A DNA stretch of 64,000 nucleotides from the NCBI RefSeq assembly GCF_009914755.1, contig NC_060940.1; one strand, 5' to 3'. A program made the translations under genes and the position numbers. The DNA comes from the human T2T-CHM13v2.0 reference genome, Homo sapiens. The notes under the pieces were generated by a model that was not told the origin of the DNA, made no database searches, and saw only the letters and a program-made list of their open reading frames with translations. Shown piece after piece: positions 23,781 through 39,039 of the stretch (within the stretch, counting starts at the first letter, position 1; the number at the start of each line of letters is the position of its first letter).

Positions 23781-26169
23781 AGACATCCAAGTGAGGAGAT
23801 GGCTTGTTTTCTTCCTAAATTTTCACCATCCCCCACAAGGCAGCCTTTTTTTTTCTCTGTTAATGAAGTTTCCAGCCACCTTACCCTGGATTCTCACCTT
23901 CCAACCCCCTGCCTTCCAATATTCCACCCCTCTTTTTTCTGCCCTAGAAGAGAAAACTATGATCCTTGCATTAGAATGGTTTTCCTGCCATCAGTATTGC
24001 AAAATAGACAAGGGTAAAAGAAAGCCTTCAGTAGAATTTCATCTGAGTATTTTCTTTGCCCCCTTGTGTGTCATTTTCTCCTTAAGAAAACTGAGGAAGA
24101 AGTGTGATTTAGTCCCCTCATCTGCATAATTTTCTTCCCTGTGTGGCTGTGTGCTTGTCAGTGCTCTGACAGATCAAGAGTGCTCTGAAAGCTCAGAGGA
24201 GCAGGAAGAGACCCAGGTGACCTGGTGAGAGCCACGCTGAATCTCGGTTCACATGTCGTTAACGGAGCTTGGTCCTTGGAGGGCCTTGTGGGGAAGGACG
24301 CAGACAAGCTGTGATGGAGTCCTTGGGTCTCACCTGGGAGAGCCCACGGGAGCACCTGTGAGTTGGTTCCGAGAAAACATCCCACTCTCCAGGTCACCTC
24401 TCTGTGCTTCACCCCACCTCTCATTCTTCTTTTGTGCAAAGCACCTATTTGGAAGTAAAATATCAGCTAGAAAGGAAAGGAGTTTCAGAAGAAAGTACCA
24501 CATCAGCGTTTTGAACAAATTAAGTTGTGTGCAAGCTGAGCAGCCTGTATCAAGGGGAACGTGGTAGAGGGATGTGAGCCTCAGGCTGCCTGCTGCCGGT
24601 TGCAGGCTGCCATATGCTTCACCTGCTTGTGCCCTCGAGGGTCCCCTTCTGGGGTCCCCAGTCTGGCTTATGATCATATTCCAGCATAGAGCACTCCCTA
24701 ACCCCACTCCCGTAGCACTGGGACTATAGCTTTATTTCTTGCATCATTTTTCTCTACGCTCAAAAAAAAAAAAAAGCAAAAACAAACAAAAAAAATCTGC
24801 TCAGCATGAGAAATCAAGTTAATGAAAACGCTACCGCATTGAATTTCCAATAAGAGAAAGGCAAAGCAAAACTTGTTAACTAAAGAAAGGGGCATTCACT
24901 GTAATCCCTTCGAGGAGAGGTGGAAGCAGGAGTAATACAAAAGCTCATTACTGTAATCAAGGCATTTGTAACTGTTGGTGGCAGGAGGTGAAAGAGAGAG
25001 AGAGACAGAGAGGGGAAGACTCTGACGGAGGTTTTAACTGTATGCATGCCAGTCTTTCCCACTCGTCTTGCTGGTACAATCTGGATCGTTCATATAGAAA
25101 GGAGACAGGGTTTGCCAAACTTGGCTGACCAAGCCAAAAACACTAATTAGCAGCAGCTGCTCAAAATTGGGGATGCTCTTGCCTTCTAGTGCAGGGGTGA
25201 TGACTTGTTCTGACTCTTCAAGATTCACAACCTTAGACTGCAGGATGCACTTTGCCAGGGGAAATGTATTCTCCAACGTGGCTGTGTGCATTGGTGCTCA
25301 AACATTGGTGAAGCCCCAAGTACTTGAGAGGGACAAACAAAACACCTGTGGAATCTCTTGGTCAGCTGGCCAGCAGGAGTTTGAAGCCAGGGTGAACTCA
25401 AAGCATTCTCCCAAAGAAGCCTTTTTCAACCAGGGGGCACTGACAGAAGTTGTCAACACGTCTGGCAAAGCTTTCCAGCATCTGCTATGATGTCTTAATC
25501 CTCCTGTGAGGAGTGACAGAGGTAATGTGTGGCATGGAGCCATCAGTGACATTTGGTGATTGAATGTTGCTGGTGGCAGTGTCTTAATGATGGAGACAAT
25601 TGATTGATAGGAGGTCAACTGCCAAGCAGTTAATCCGATGGCAAATTCCGCTCATAATGGAAGAGCTGGCCCATGCATGCAAACCAGCATGGTGGGGGAT
25701 TCCTGCTGATGCAGCTGTGGGCACATGAGGAGGGGGAAAGATATCAATGCCTCTGATGAATGTCTAGCAAAGTTTTCCTTGTGAAACCTCATGGAAAGTT
25801 CCATGAGGCCAGAGATCACATCTACTTTGTTCACTGTTCTATCCTTTGTTGCTGACACATAGTGGCCATTCAGTAAACATCTGTTAAATCGAGGAAGCAG
25901 TGAATGAGTTGGAAGCTGCCTTCCTTAGGCTGTTTTACTTCCAGAATTCTACTTTTTCACTGACAGTAAGCCTAACCTCTCAGGTTAGAAATCTAAGTTG
26001 CCTTGCATTCCTCCCTCTCTCTTCCCCACCAAGCTCTGCATATTCCATCTCAGGAATAAATCTCTAACATTTCTCCCTTGTCTTCTTTCTCTGAAGCCAA
26101 TTTGCATCTCCCAAGTAGTCTTCTGATGAGTAAGCCTACCCCCATCTCTGTTCCATGGCCCCCTTAAGT

Positions 26170-26172
26170 CAT

Positions 26173-26228
<56 letters not shown>

Positions 26229-26494
26229 GAGACAGCTTCTCACTCCATCATCCAGGCTGGTGTACAGTGGCATGATCTCAGCTCCCTGCAAACTCCGCCT
26301 CCCGGGTTCAAGTGATTCTCGTGTCTCAGCCTCCCAAGTAGCTGGGATTACAGGTGTACACCACCACACCTGGCTAATTTTTGTGTTTTTAGTAGAGACA
26401 AGGTTTCACCATGTTGAGCAGGTGACCCCAAGTGATCCACCTGCCTCGGCCTCCCATAGTGCTGGGATTACAGGCATGAGTCACCGCCCCTGGC
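26170..26494 (-). mobile_element. AluS with a (TATC)n-converted tail
   Basis: Reverse-complement Alu body 26226-26494 with a small internal deletion; inserted in an L2. Confidence 0.92.
26174..26225. repeat. (TATC)13 tetranucleotide STR
   Basis: Perfect repeat read directly from the sequence. Confidence 0.97.
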
Positions 26495-27032
26495 TTAATT
26501 CTTTTAACATGTAAGTCTCATCATGTTACAACCCTGCTTTACATAGTCAAAGTCAACAAGTGTTATTTGGCCATAGATATCTCTTAGGCCATGACAACCC
26601 ACCTCCTAGTACCTTCCCAGCCTTGGGTTAACTTCATGTCAGTGCTCGCATTGGTGCTTCACTGTGTGCTGTGTCTTACCTTTCAAACACCCATTCTGCA
26701 TCTTCTTGTTTCCTAATCTTTGCTCATGTATTCACTCAGGCTGGACATCCAAGCTTCTCTTTTTTTTCCTAGCAAAACACTGTCTTTGTTTAAGATGTGT
26801 CATCTGGGGACCTTTTTCTGATTCTTGTCCTCCCTTGGAGAAATAAATGCATCTCCCTTTCCTTTCTTCCATTTTTCATCACTTTGTACTTGAATTGTCG
26901 ATTTGTCTACCCATCTCACCTGCTGGCCTATGAAGGTGTCAAGTCAGGGGCCATAACATCTTTTTCACTGTTCCTTCCAGCAACTAATATGGTTCCTGGC
27001 ACATAATTACTTAATGTTAGTTGAAAGAAAAA

Positions 27033-27135
27033 ATGGATGGATGAATGGATGGATGGATGGATGGGTAGATAAGTGGATAGGTGGATGGATGGGTTGGTTA
27101 GCGGGTTAATAAGTAATGGGTTAGATGCATGACAA
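27033..27135. repeat. (TGGA)n simple repeat at an L2 3' tail
   Basis: 'atggatggatgaatggatggatggatggatgggtagat' follows the L2 end 'cctggcacataattacttaatgttagttgaa'. Confidence 0.85.
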
Positions 27136-27928
27136 AATGAATGGAATAAGTAATTGAATGGATTCATAAACTGATTCATTCCAGGGGAATACTAAGAAAA
27201 TAGCAACTCCACCACCTCCCACCTTGGGATAAATGATATGGCCCTGTCCAGGGAAGGCTGAGTGCCCTTTGTCCTCAGACAGTGAATTCTGGAGTTCCAG
27301 GTACATGAGCATCAGGGTGTGATCTAGAAAGCAGCCTGTGGACCTAGTTGGGCGTATTCTCTTGGTCCTGGGGATTCTTTGTGCCATGGAGAAGAGCATA
27401 GTTTGAGGGAGGTCAGAATGGGAGGCCAGAACCCAGCTGCTTATGTCTAAAGCCATTATCTTACCAGGAAATGACTAAGACATATGGGAAAGGAAATGCC
27501 AATCTGGTAACTCCTGTAACTGTCAGTTCCAGTGGAGGATGCACCAATTGCTCGTGCTCACATGCTAAATCCTTTCTCCAGACATCACCCTGGCATGGCC
27601 CTCCGTCTCCTAGTCAGGCATTAACTAATAGGGGAAATGCAAAATGTTGATACCGCAGAATATAGAGACAGAAGAGATTCACACTGAAAGTGCAAATTAC
27701 TTTTTTTGCAGTGAATAGAAAGTCACATTACTCTAAGAAGCTGCCTAATTATCTGTAATTATGCCCAAAATAGTCAAGCTAGTTTGCTAGCCAGTTGAAG
27801 AATTGCATCTTAAATGAATTTGTCACTAAAGAAAGAATGTTGAAACCTGGCAAAAGAGATTACTGTATTTCAGGGGAAAGATTAGAACATATCATGCCTG
27901 TGTTCAGTCTTTCAAAGACGTGGTTATT

Positions 27929-28251
<323 letters not shown>

Positions 28252-28399
28252 TTAGGAAGCATTTATTACAGCTGTTCAATGTAGCATTTTACGGTATTCG
28301 GTGGAAACTCTAATGTAAGTTCGGAGCAGTCCTAACATTCCAAGAGTTAAAATTATCCATGATTGGGATGTAATATCTAAATTGAAATAAATAAACTGT

Positions 28400-29210
<811 letters not shown>

Positions 29211-29609
29211 GTTATAGATTAGACCTCAATGTAGCAGTGCCATTTCTGTCTGTGAATCTTTCTTTCTAGATCTTTCTAAACCAGGGTATAGAAATAGAAG
29301 GTAAAATCCTCTTGGACAGAAAAGAAAAGAAGCAGTGAACACTTACTTAAAAAAAAAATAGGCAATGGAGGAGAGCCAAAATTTGAACTCCAGCCTGAAA
29401 ATCACAGGATCCCTGGAGACAGGAATATGCACTGGCAGGCAACAGAAAGCCAAACAGAAATGAGATCGAAGAAGAGGTAGGAAAACAAAACATTTCAAAG
29501 GAGGCATAGAAAGGAGCATATAATGGTGATGGAGGCAACGATAAGTAGGCAATGGAAAGTAGAGAAGAAAAATAGCAGCATGGCTGTGAAGGAAGGGAAC
29601 ACGAACTTC

Positions 29610-30097
29610 TGCAAAAGCTGTCAGAATCAAAATGAAGCCACTTATGTTAAAATTTTTTTTAATTAATAATCAATTTAAAACCCTGAAAAATGAGCTGAGG
29701 AAGGTTATGAAGAGGGGAGTCTCACACTTGGTTGCCTGATAACAAAAACTGTCACAAAAGACTGCAAAAACCACAACCTTGCACAAAGGCCATCACAACC
29801 TTACACACACACACGCACACACACAAATACTTCTGCAAGGACATCTGCCCAGCAACTGCCTGTCCAAGTACAGACTGATGTCACCCTTATTATTGATCTT
29901 TGTAGCCAACAATAACTACTTCAAAGCCATTATGTAATCTTCCTCATTTTTTCCTTCAAAAACATTTGTCTTTCTTTACCTCCCTGCACACACATACAAA
30001 GTTACTGCAGCACATGTATTCCCATTGCAATGCCCTACTGCTGAATCTTTTTTTTTTTTTTTTAGAGAACCTCTCCCTCTTTGTTATTTAGGTTGAT
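29610..30097 (+). mobile_element. MER65-like ERV1 solo LTR
   Basis: 'tgtcagaatcaaaatgaagccac', 'gcacaaaggccatcacaacc', 'gacatctgcccagcaactgcctgtcc', 'ttgttatttaggttga' match remembered MER65. Confidence 0.75.
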
Positions 30098-30399
30098 GCT
30101 TCCTGAGGCCACCCCTGTGCCACACAGACAGAACCCTGCGGGGCCAGAGGTGGAGGGTAGGAGCCATTGAGTGAAAAAGCAAGTCAACATCTACCAGCTT
30201 GCAGCCCCTCACTGACCATGTTGTATACAGAGAGAGCGAGCTACTTTGGTACTTCATCAACCAGACAGTTCAGCAGCTTGAAAGAGGGGAGATTTTTCCA
30301 TGTTGCAGAGTGACAAGTTGATATACAATGTTTATGGAGACCATGGTTTGTACAGTGGTAAACTCAAGCACAGAAACAGGCATAGGGGTATCTTAGAAC

Positions 30400-30568
30400 C
30401 TTGCTGCTCAAAGTACAGTCCATGGACCAGCAGCATTGAAAACACCTGGAAGATTTTTAGACTTTCAGAAACCAAGACCCTGCCTGCCCCAGGCCTGTGG
30501 AATCATAGTTTGCAGTTTAACTGATTCCCCAGGTGATTCATATACACATTAAAATTTGAGAAGTGCTG
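30400..30568. mobile_element. MER5A-like hAT MITE
   Basis: 'ctgctcaaagtacagtccatggaccagcagcat'...'ccccaggtgattcatatacacattaaaatttgagaagtgctg'. Confidence 0.85.
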
Positions 30569-31519
30569 TCTTAAAAGACATCTTTTTATATGAATTTCAG
30601 ACTTTGCTGGTGCTTGGATTTCCAGTGTTCACTGGAAAAGCCGAAAGATTTATGTGAGCACTTAGTTGACTGAATTGCATGTGATTTTAGAAGAGGGATT
30701 TCCAGATGTAAAGTTAAAACATGATGTGTGATACTTAGCATAAGTGGAGAAAACCAATTGATAAGCCCAAGGCTAAGTGGAACCATTCTGACTTTTTGAG
30801 AAACGCAATCTGTTTGGGGGATAGTTTCTAAAGTTCATCAGAAGAGGTGTCATTAAATCAGATTTTAAGCAGAATATAGCAGTTTGGCTAATGTTGGATA
30901 GTCTGTCTGCTCCCAATTCCAGAAAGTAAAATATTTTGCAATTGAGGATTGTAAACATCTTAGACAGTTGCAAGGACTGTACATGACATATCCATGCAAG
31001 AGTATTCTGTTCTGTTTCTATCAGCTTCTTATGCTTTTTCAATGGGAAATAGTTTTGGAATAATGGGCTCATTAGAGATAGACAAAGCTATGGCCTGGGG
31101 GAAGTAACACTGGTACCCAGAGGGTTTTAACTGTTTCACTACCTTTCCCAGTGACTCAAACTATGCACCAGTATTAATTTTAAATGACTTTACAAAAAGA
31201 CTTAATGAGATAAATCGTGTAGGCACAGTATAAAAGTTAGTCTTTCATGTTGTGTCTGCCTGCAGCAGCGTTCTAACTCAAACGTTAGGAGAGGCTTAGA
31301 GACAATTTGGGTCTAGCATCAAATCAGATAAACTATCATTTTTAATTATTGTTATTTTGATAAGGACTTCATAGTCTCTTAAGTAAGCCAGCCCTAAAAA
31401 TCCTTGCTCATGTTTTTAAATGGTAAGGGAGATTCTGCAAAGATAGTATGAGGAAGCAGGAGGAGGAGGCAAATACTGGTTAAATGCCTTGTCTAAATCC
31501 ACCACAGTCCTCAGCATCA

Positions 31520-31745
31520 TCATGAACAAATTGCAGCAGTTATGCACCAAGCAGGATGCAAAGCAGGAAACACACATTCTCACATGCGGTGGTCAATCAG
31601 CCAAGTAAAGCCAAAGTTGTTGTTGTTCCCAGTTCAAAGATGAGGAAATTGAAGCTCGGAGGGGTCAAATAACTCATCCCCAATCACAAAGCCATTAAGT
31701 GGTTCTGTCAGGATTTGAATCCATAGCCTAAGTTCATCACCACAT
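31520..31745 (-). mobile_element. MIR
   Basis: 'aaagatgaggaaattgaagctcggagggg...caggatttgaatcca'. Confidence 0.7.
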
Positions 31746-32084
31746 TCTTCTCCTTGTCTCAGTTTCGGTATTTCTCACAAATCAAGGGACATGGAGAGAA
31801 ACAGAAACTATTTCCACAACATCAAGAATGTCACTTAGAATCAATATTGGCCTGGCTTCGATAACTTACCTAACAGAGAGGTAATCTTTTCATGGGGCAC
31901 CCCATACTTCACGCCACACTTAGGCAAGAAGAAATGTTCACAGTCTCAGCTGATGCCAGGGAACTTTACAGCAAAGGAAACGTTGAAGCGTCTCCTGGGC
32001 TGTGTCCCTCCATCCCTGTGCCTCTGTCATCCTGTCTACAGATTCTCATGACAGCAATGACAACTCTCAACCGATTTTCTACAT

Positions 32085-32583
32085 AAGGGGTCCCCGACCC
32101 CCAGGCCTGTAGGAACCAGGCCCCACAGCAGGAGAGGTGAGCAGTGGGTGAGCGAACGAAGCTTCATCTGTGTTTACAGGCACTCCCCATTGCTCCCATT
32201 ACTTCCTGAGCTCCTCCTCCTGTCAGATGAGTGGCAGCATTAGAGTCTCATAGGAGTATGAACCTTATTGTCAACTGCATGTGAGGGATCTAGGTTGTAC
32301 GCTAGTTATGAGAATCTAATGCCTGATAGTCTGTCACGTCTCCCATCACCCCCAGATGAGACCATCTAGTTGAAGGAAAACAAGCTCAGGACTCCCACAG
32401 ATTCCACATTATGGCGAGTTGTATAATTATTTCATTATACATTAGAATGTAATAATAATAGAAATAAAGTGCACAATAAATGTAATGGGCTTGACTCATC
32501 CCAAAACCATCCCCACTCTGGTCCGTGGAAAAATTGCCTTCCACAAAACTGGTCCCTCATGCTGAAAAGGTTGGGGACTGATG
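32085..32583. mobile_element. MER1A hAT MITE
   Basis: 'ggggtccccgaccccc'...'gaagcttcatctgtgtttacag'...'aaaggttggggactgatg'; imperfect TSD ttctacat/ttctatgt. Confidence 0.9.
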
Positions 32584-34414
32584 TTCTATGTATATGATAG
32601 AACATGTTACTGACATGTTACATTATATGTACTATTCTGTGTTGAAGCAAACGAAGCTCTCTGTAAGCCTTTCGGAAATAGTACAGATACGGAAACAGGG
32701 GCATCTAAAAGTCGGCCATCAGGCACTCAGGGTGAGATACTCTGCTTGCCCTTTGTTATAGGAAATGCCCTGGAGTTGAGTCTGGGAGGTACTGGGAGGT
32801 GTCTCAGCAGGAGATAAGCAGCGGGGACTTGCCGTCTTCCTAGATAGTACTGTTACTTGGTTGGTACCTTTCATCTCAATGCCCATTTGTGATACCAGTT
32901 TGACCCCAGTAGCACCCAATTTCAGACTTCCCCAGCCACCTGTGACTTAGAGTGAGTAGAGAGGCAATTAGGGCACATGCTTCGATCATTTTGAGTGACA
33001 GAGTCTTCCAGATAAAAACAATATAAAAGAGAGACTGCTAAGGGTCTCTGGGGTGAAGGGTCTATAGATCCGTCACTTCCACAGGGAAGATTGCTTTTCT
33101 TGGTTGTTTGCTGAGACCTGGGGGGCATTGAGCACTGGGAAATCAATGATTGTACAGCTTTATATAAAAAGGGCACCCAGCAATGCTCACACAGTCTACA
33201 GGGCTCATTTCTTCCTGAGGCAGAAGAGTTTTGCTACACTGACAAGAATCCTTCTGGCTGGACACAGTATGTCACCTGTTGTAGAGGGGCTAGAGTTTGA
33301 GACCATCACATTTGCTTTCTGCAAGCCCTGAAGATTTAAGAGTGAACCTACATTGTTTATTGGGATGTTCGCAGGTTGTAGTGGTAAGATTGGATCAGCG
33401 CGGTACCAGTTAGCAGAGAGGGATGATGTTTTTAAAGAGTCTTCCAGCAGCCACAAACATCTATGAAAGATACTTCCATCAAAAACAAAGCTTGAAGTCA
33501 AAAAAAATGGGGAATTTAAGAGCATCTAGATTTATCTGTTATGTGCAACAACTTCTTACCTGACTGGTTGTGCCTTGGGTAGTATCACTGGTGCCTTATG
33601 CATGAATAATGTATGTATAATGTATGTGTCACTGCCTTAGAATAAGCAACGTGGACCACAGGTCTTGGGCACCTTAAATAATTTATATTTAAAATCTACA
33701 TCTAGTCAGAGATGCATCTGCATCTACATGTAACATTTATGAATGCAAGTGGAACTTTTTTTCCCTTTTTTTTCAAAAGCTAAATTGCCTGTATTTGAGT
33801 GTTAGTGTTCCAATTAATTTAGTTGACATCATTTCAACTTTGTTGGAATACCTACTACTTACAGTAAGTTATGTGGGCCCTTGTTATGAATTAATGAGAG
33901 CAACAGAGAAATAACTTCAGGGAAAGGGTACATCTTTAAATAATTTACCCACGTGGGTAGGTAGGAAAACTGGATCTGTGGTCATGCGTAGTGTGCGGGT
34001 ATCCGAAGCTGGGTGTCCACAGTCACATCGGGTCCTCTGTATCTGTGGCACGAGGGCAGACAGAGAGGTCAGTGTCCAACACCGTGGGAGGACCACAGGC
34101 TCACCTCCCTCAGTGGGGTCAGCATCTCATAAATTAGTCATGCTGGAGTCCTCTCCAGGAGTTCCTGGTGGGAGCTAAAGGGAAGGTGAACTCCTTTCTT
34201 TTAAACACTGCTATCATGTGAAGATCCACTGCCAGGAACTAGGAGGGCAGAGTGAAGACAGAGAAATGCAAAGACTGTATTCCGAAAAGTTAAGGAAGCA
34301 GTTCTGTGGGTAAGGATAGTGAATAATAATGTTGTGAGTTGTTTTGATGAGCCAGGCAATGTGTTGATCACCTCACATGTAGTATGGTCTTTAATTTTTA
34401 TTTGAAAAACTGAA

Positions 34415-34838
<424 letters not shown>

Positions 34839-35439
34839 TTAATTCTAACCATTTTCCAGATAACAAGCACAGAGTGGCCAAGCAACTTTCTTACTGTCAC
34901 AAAGAACAGGGATTGGAAGCCAAGAAGCCGAAGGCACTACAGCGTCTTTTTGAAACTTGGTGCTTTCGTGCCTGCCCAAATTCTCTGATTAAGAAAGAAT
35001 TAGTTTCCTAATTCTTTTATTTTTAAAATAAAAATAAAAGATTAAATCAGATCAAACAGTTGGCCAATATACATGTTGGTTATTCACACGATGGAGGCTT
35101 CATTGCCTGATACATCCCATACTGACAGTAGCAGATTTGGAACTCATGAAACCCTCATCCCTTCAACTTCCTGCAACACCCCAGCTCCTTCTAATAGAAC
35201 CCAGTGTCTCCTTAATTCTTTATGTGATGAATACGTATTGAGTAGCTACTCTGTGTTAGTCCCTGGACAAGAGCAGAGCAAAGGCAAGAACGAGATAGGA
35301 GAGGTCTCCCTCTCACAGAGTTTGGAATATAGTAGACATATTCATAGTTCTGACTGGGCAAAATTCTTCTCTCTTACTTTTATCCATAGTTTCCAGCTCT
35401 GAAACCTAATGCTACAAAGATAAAAGTTGCATTTGATAG

Positions 35440-35720
35440 ATAATGCAATGGAACACTACTCAGCCTTTAAAAAGGAGAAAATCCTGCCATTTGCAACATC
35501 ATGGATGAACCTGGAGGATGTTATGCTAAGTGAAATAAGGCAGACTCAAAAGGACAAATATTGCACGTTACCACATATGCAGTGAATCTAAAATGGTCAA
35601 ACTCATGGAAGCTGCATGGGAAAATGGTTGCAGGGGCTTGGGGGAGGGGATTGGTGTGGTATTAGACAACAGTACAAAGTTTCATTTATACAAGATGAGC
35701 AACTCCTAAAGACCTACTAT
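35440..35720 (+). mobile_element. L1MA/MB 3' fragment
   Basis: 'aatcctgccatttgcaacatcatggatgaacctggaggatgttatgctaagtgaaataag'. Confidence 0.85.
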
Positions 35721-36289
35721 TTAGAGTTTCACTTAACATTGTTTCTCTGTAATGTTGATGAGAAAACAAAAATGGTCATTGGTCCCTGGGCCTCCCTTCT
35801 GTGTGCTCTGCCGTTGATGTTACTTAGCTTCTTTCTCTGTATTGACATCTTTTTGCCTTGCTACCTAGTTACTAAGTCTCTCCAAGTTTCTATTCCAAAT
35901 TCCCAAGAGATCACAATGATTGACGCAACCTTAATCATATGAGTTGGTTCCCCTTTGGGGTATGCCCACCTCTGGCCCAGTAAGCCATGGTGCTGTGGCA
36001 AGGACAAGTGTACCATAAGGTTGGCCCCCCCCCCGCCCCAGGGGCTGAGGGTTGGGCAGATTAACCTGGAAGGGAAAGGGTATGTCTAGCAAATTAGAAC
36101 AAGTAAGAAGTATGATCACCTGTAAGTTCATGCTACATTTTCTGGAGGTTTTTTTTAATTATTTAATTCTCCTCTCAGACCTTCTGTGACTCCCAAACCA
36201 ATAAACCATTTTTGTTTGGATGTTGTTCTTTTCTTCCCTTGAAAAATACTCATTCAGGTTCTTCTCTCATTCCTTCAAAAGAGACTTCA

Positions 36290-36569
36290 GGCCGGGCGCA
36301 GTGGCTCACACATATAATCCCAGCACTTTGGGAGGCTGAGGTGGGCAGTTCACCTGAGGTTGGGAGTTTGAGACCAGCCTGACCAACATGGAGAAATCCC
36401 ATCTCTACTAAAAAAAAAAAATTAGCCAGGTGTGGTGACGCATGGGAGGCTGAGGCAGGAGAATTATTTGAACCTGAGAGGCGGAGGTTGTGGTGAGCTG
36501 AGATTGTGCCATTGCACTTCAGCCTGAGCAACAAGAGGGAAACACCATCTCAAAAAAAAAAAAAAAAAA
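36290..36569 (+). mobile_element. AluSp-like with a short internal deletion
   Basis: 'gaccaacatggagaaa'; right arm jumps 'gacgcatg|ggaggctgagg'; 'acttca' flanks both ends. Confidence 0.93.
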
Positions 36570-39039
36570 CTTCAAGCAAGGGAGGCCATGCTATCAAAGT
36601 ATATTTTCCTCCTCTTCTGCAAGGGGTCTACATTTAAGTCAATAGTAGCACAATATAAGAAGAAAGACTATTACCAGCTAACATTTATTGAGTATTTACT
36701 AGGCTATCAGCACTGGTCTAAGCACTTTACAGGTTAAATTCATGTATCTTCTACAATGATCTTAAGCAGAATTTCCTTCATTTTCTTATTTCCAAAATTA
36801 TACTACCTAATATAGAAGGTGATGATGAATTTTGAGAGATAATGTACCTGAATTTCTTATTGTTCATGGTATATGCAGAATAAATTGTGCCTGCTGATTG
36901 CTGTAGTGGTATCATCAACTACAACATTGTTCCACAGCTGAGTGGCATCACTGTTTTGTAGTTCCTTAAAAGAGACCACTGCTCTGAATCTGACTAAACT
37001 GAAGACAGAGCACCAAAATCAAATGGGGATTCAGATGTCCAAAGGATGGGAGGTGAATGATAAAAATGGTTAGAGTCACAAATTGGAATCCAGTGGAGCG
37101 ATAGTGCCGCAGAGTCAAGATCCTAGAGAGCAGAATTCTGAGAAACCCATGTCCAGAGAATGTGGTCAGGACCTTGGAGAGCTCATGGTGATGTCCAAGT
37201 GTCTTCCACAGTTTAGATCTCAGACTAGTGCAAAAGTCTGCATGGGGCTCCAGCCTTGTAAGGGTCTCATCTTGTTTTATTTGGAGGCTCTGACATAGTG
37301 GAAGTCTGGGTGCCAAAGGGATAGTTCAGAACAGGAATCTTCTGACCTGGATAGGGCAATCAAATTCTTGATTGTGTTAGTGCATCAGGATCCTTGTCAG
37401 ATAATAAGAACTTTTCATCTTCCTGTGTCAGCAGAGTTCAGCTCTACTACCAGAATAGAAAAAAAAATTGCAAAGTATATAGCAAAAAATTAGCAAACAG
37501 CACCAACTTCTTTTCTTATGTAACCCACAGTGAACAAGAGGCAATTGTCTCAATCGGATTCAGGAACAACACTGGGTTACATTTGGATTCTATGTATTTT
37601 TAGATGTTTAATTTCTATTTGCCTATTTCATGAAAGATTGGTAATCACACACAAATCTGCATGAGTAAGAAGAGACCCATGAAAATAAATAGTCCTACAG
37701 ATGTAAGATTTGAGATAAAACATATCTTAAGTGAATAGATTGTCCGTGTTCTTCATGAACCTTCAACCTTCATGCCACATAGGTTTGGTGAAGAACGTTT
37801 TTGATGTCTGTTACCCACATGGAGGGTTTCTGCCTGTCTATTTTGGGTAGAAGATACTTAGAACAAAAGTAGTCTTGAAGGGAGGAGAATATCAAGAAAT
37901 AAATCATGTCTGTGTTCCTATAAAACTAATAACAAACTTGGTAAACATGCATCTGAAAAATAACTAGAAGTGCTATTCTACTGTTACTATAAAGGACCCT
38001 GAGTACTGTAGATTTGGTTAAACTGTGGGTAGCCAAGAGGGACGAGGACCTGGATTTTGTCCTGAGCTTTTGGCAGGCTGGTAGAGGGACAAGTCCCCTT
38101 TGGATAAGTCCCCTTTTCTCTCTGGGTGTGTCTCCTCATCTGTAGTAGAAGGACCATTGGATTAGCTGGTCTACAAGATTCCTTTCATGATCAGAAGTAC
38201 AGAGTAAGTATATGAATGATGCGTGAATTAATGAACAAACTTCTCCCTGTTGCCACATTCCAGGAATAGCCCATGGATTTGCAAAGAGAGGCAAAAAATG
38301 GCATCTACCAGCTGCTTCCTCTTCTTAGGAGTCTCCAACAGAGCCTAATAACATGGGGAAGCATTACTAAATTATGACTTTGTGCAAGATTATTAACTCG
38401 GAGTGAATGGCTATTCTTTTTGGAGATTTTAAGCAGTCATGGAACCAGGATGGACTCCTGAGATGGACAACTGCATTTATTCACTTCAAACACAACATGA
38501 TAAAAATGTTTTTGAAGCTGTAATTTTACATCCTGAAAAAAGGTTAAATTTAAGGCAATGTACAAAGACAAAGAATGACTTTGAGCAAATGCATTAATTA
38601 GGTTTGAGATGTTCAGAATTTAATGTTGACTAAATTGGTTAATCTGAAGTCTTTTGGGAGTGGTGACAGTTATCCTGTCCTTACTGTAATCAATGTACTT
38701 GATTTGGTGGAAATTTTACATATAGCCTTACGAATCCTTTTGACTGAAGTGCAAGTTTCCTCTAGAAACGACCAGTTTTAGGAGGGCGTGTGTGTATGTG
38801 TGTGTTTGTGTAAGAACACATACTGGACAAGACTTCTTGAAAAACAGACTCAGTAGTGTCAAGCAGCATATAACTCTCCCCAAACCAAAGCCTCCTGCCC
38901 TATTTTCTGCCTTTCCTCTGCTCCCTGGCAGAGCTGACCTACCATCTCTCTCGGTAACTTGGCACCACTACTATCCAGAAACTGAAGTGGGATGGGTCGT
39001 TTTGTTTATTCCGTGAAGTTACTGTGAGTGCACATCCTG

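Noticed and set aside
33202-33266. Possible exon encoding GSFLPEAEEFCYTDKNPSGWT
   Set aside because: Weak pyrimidine tract, moderate donor, no recognisable protein and no partner exons.
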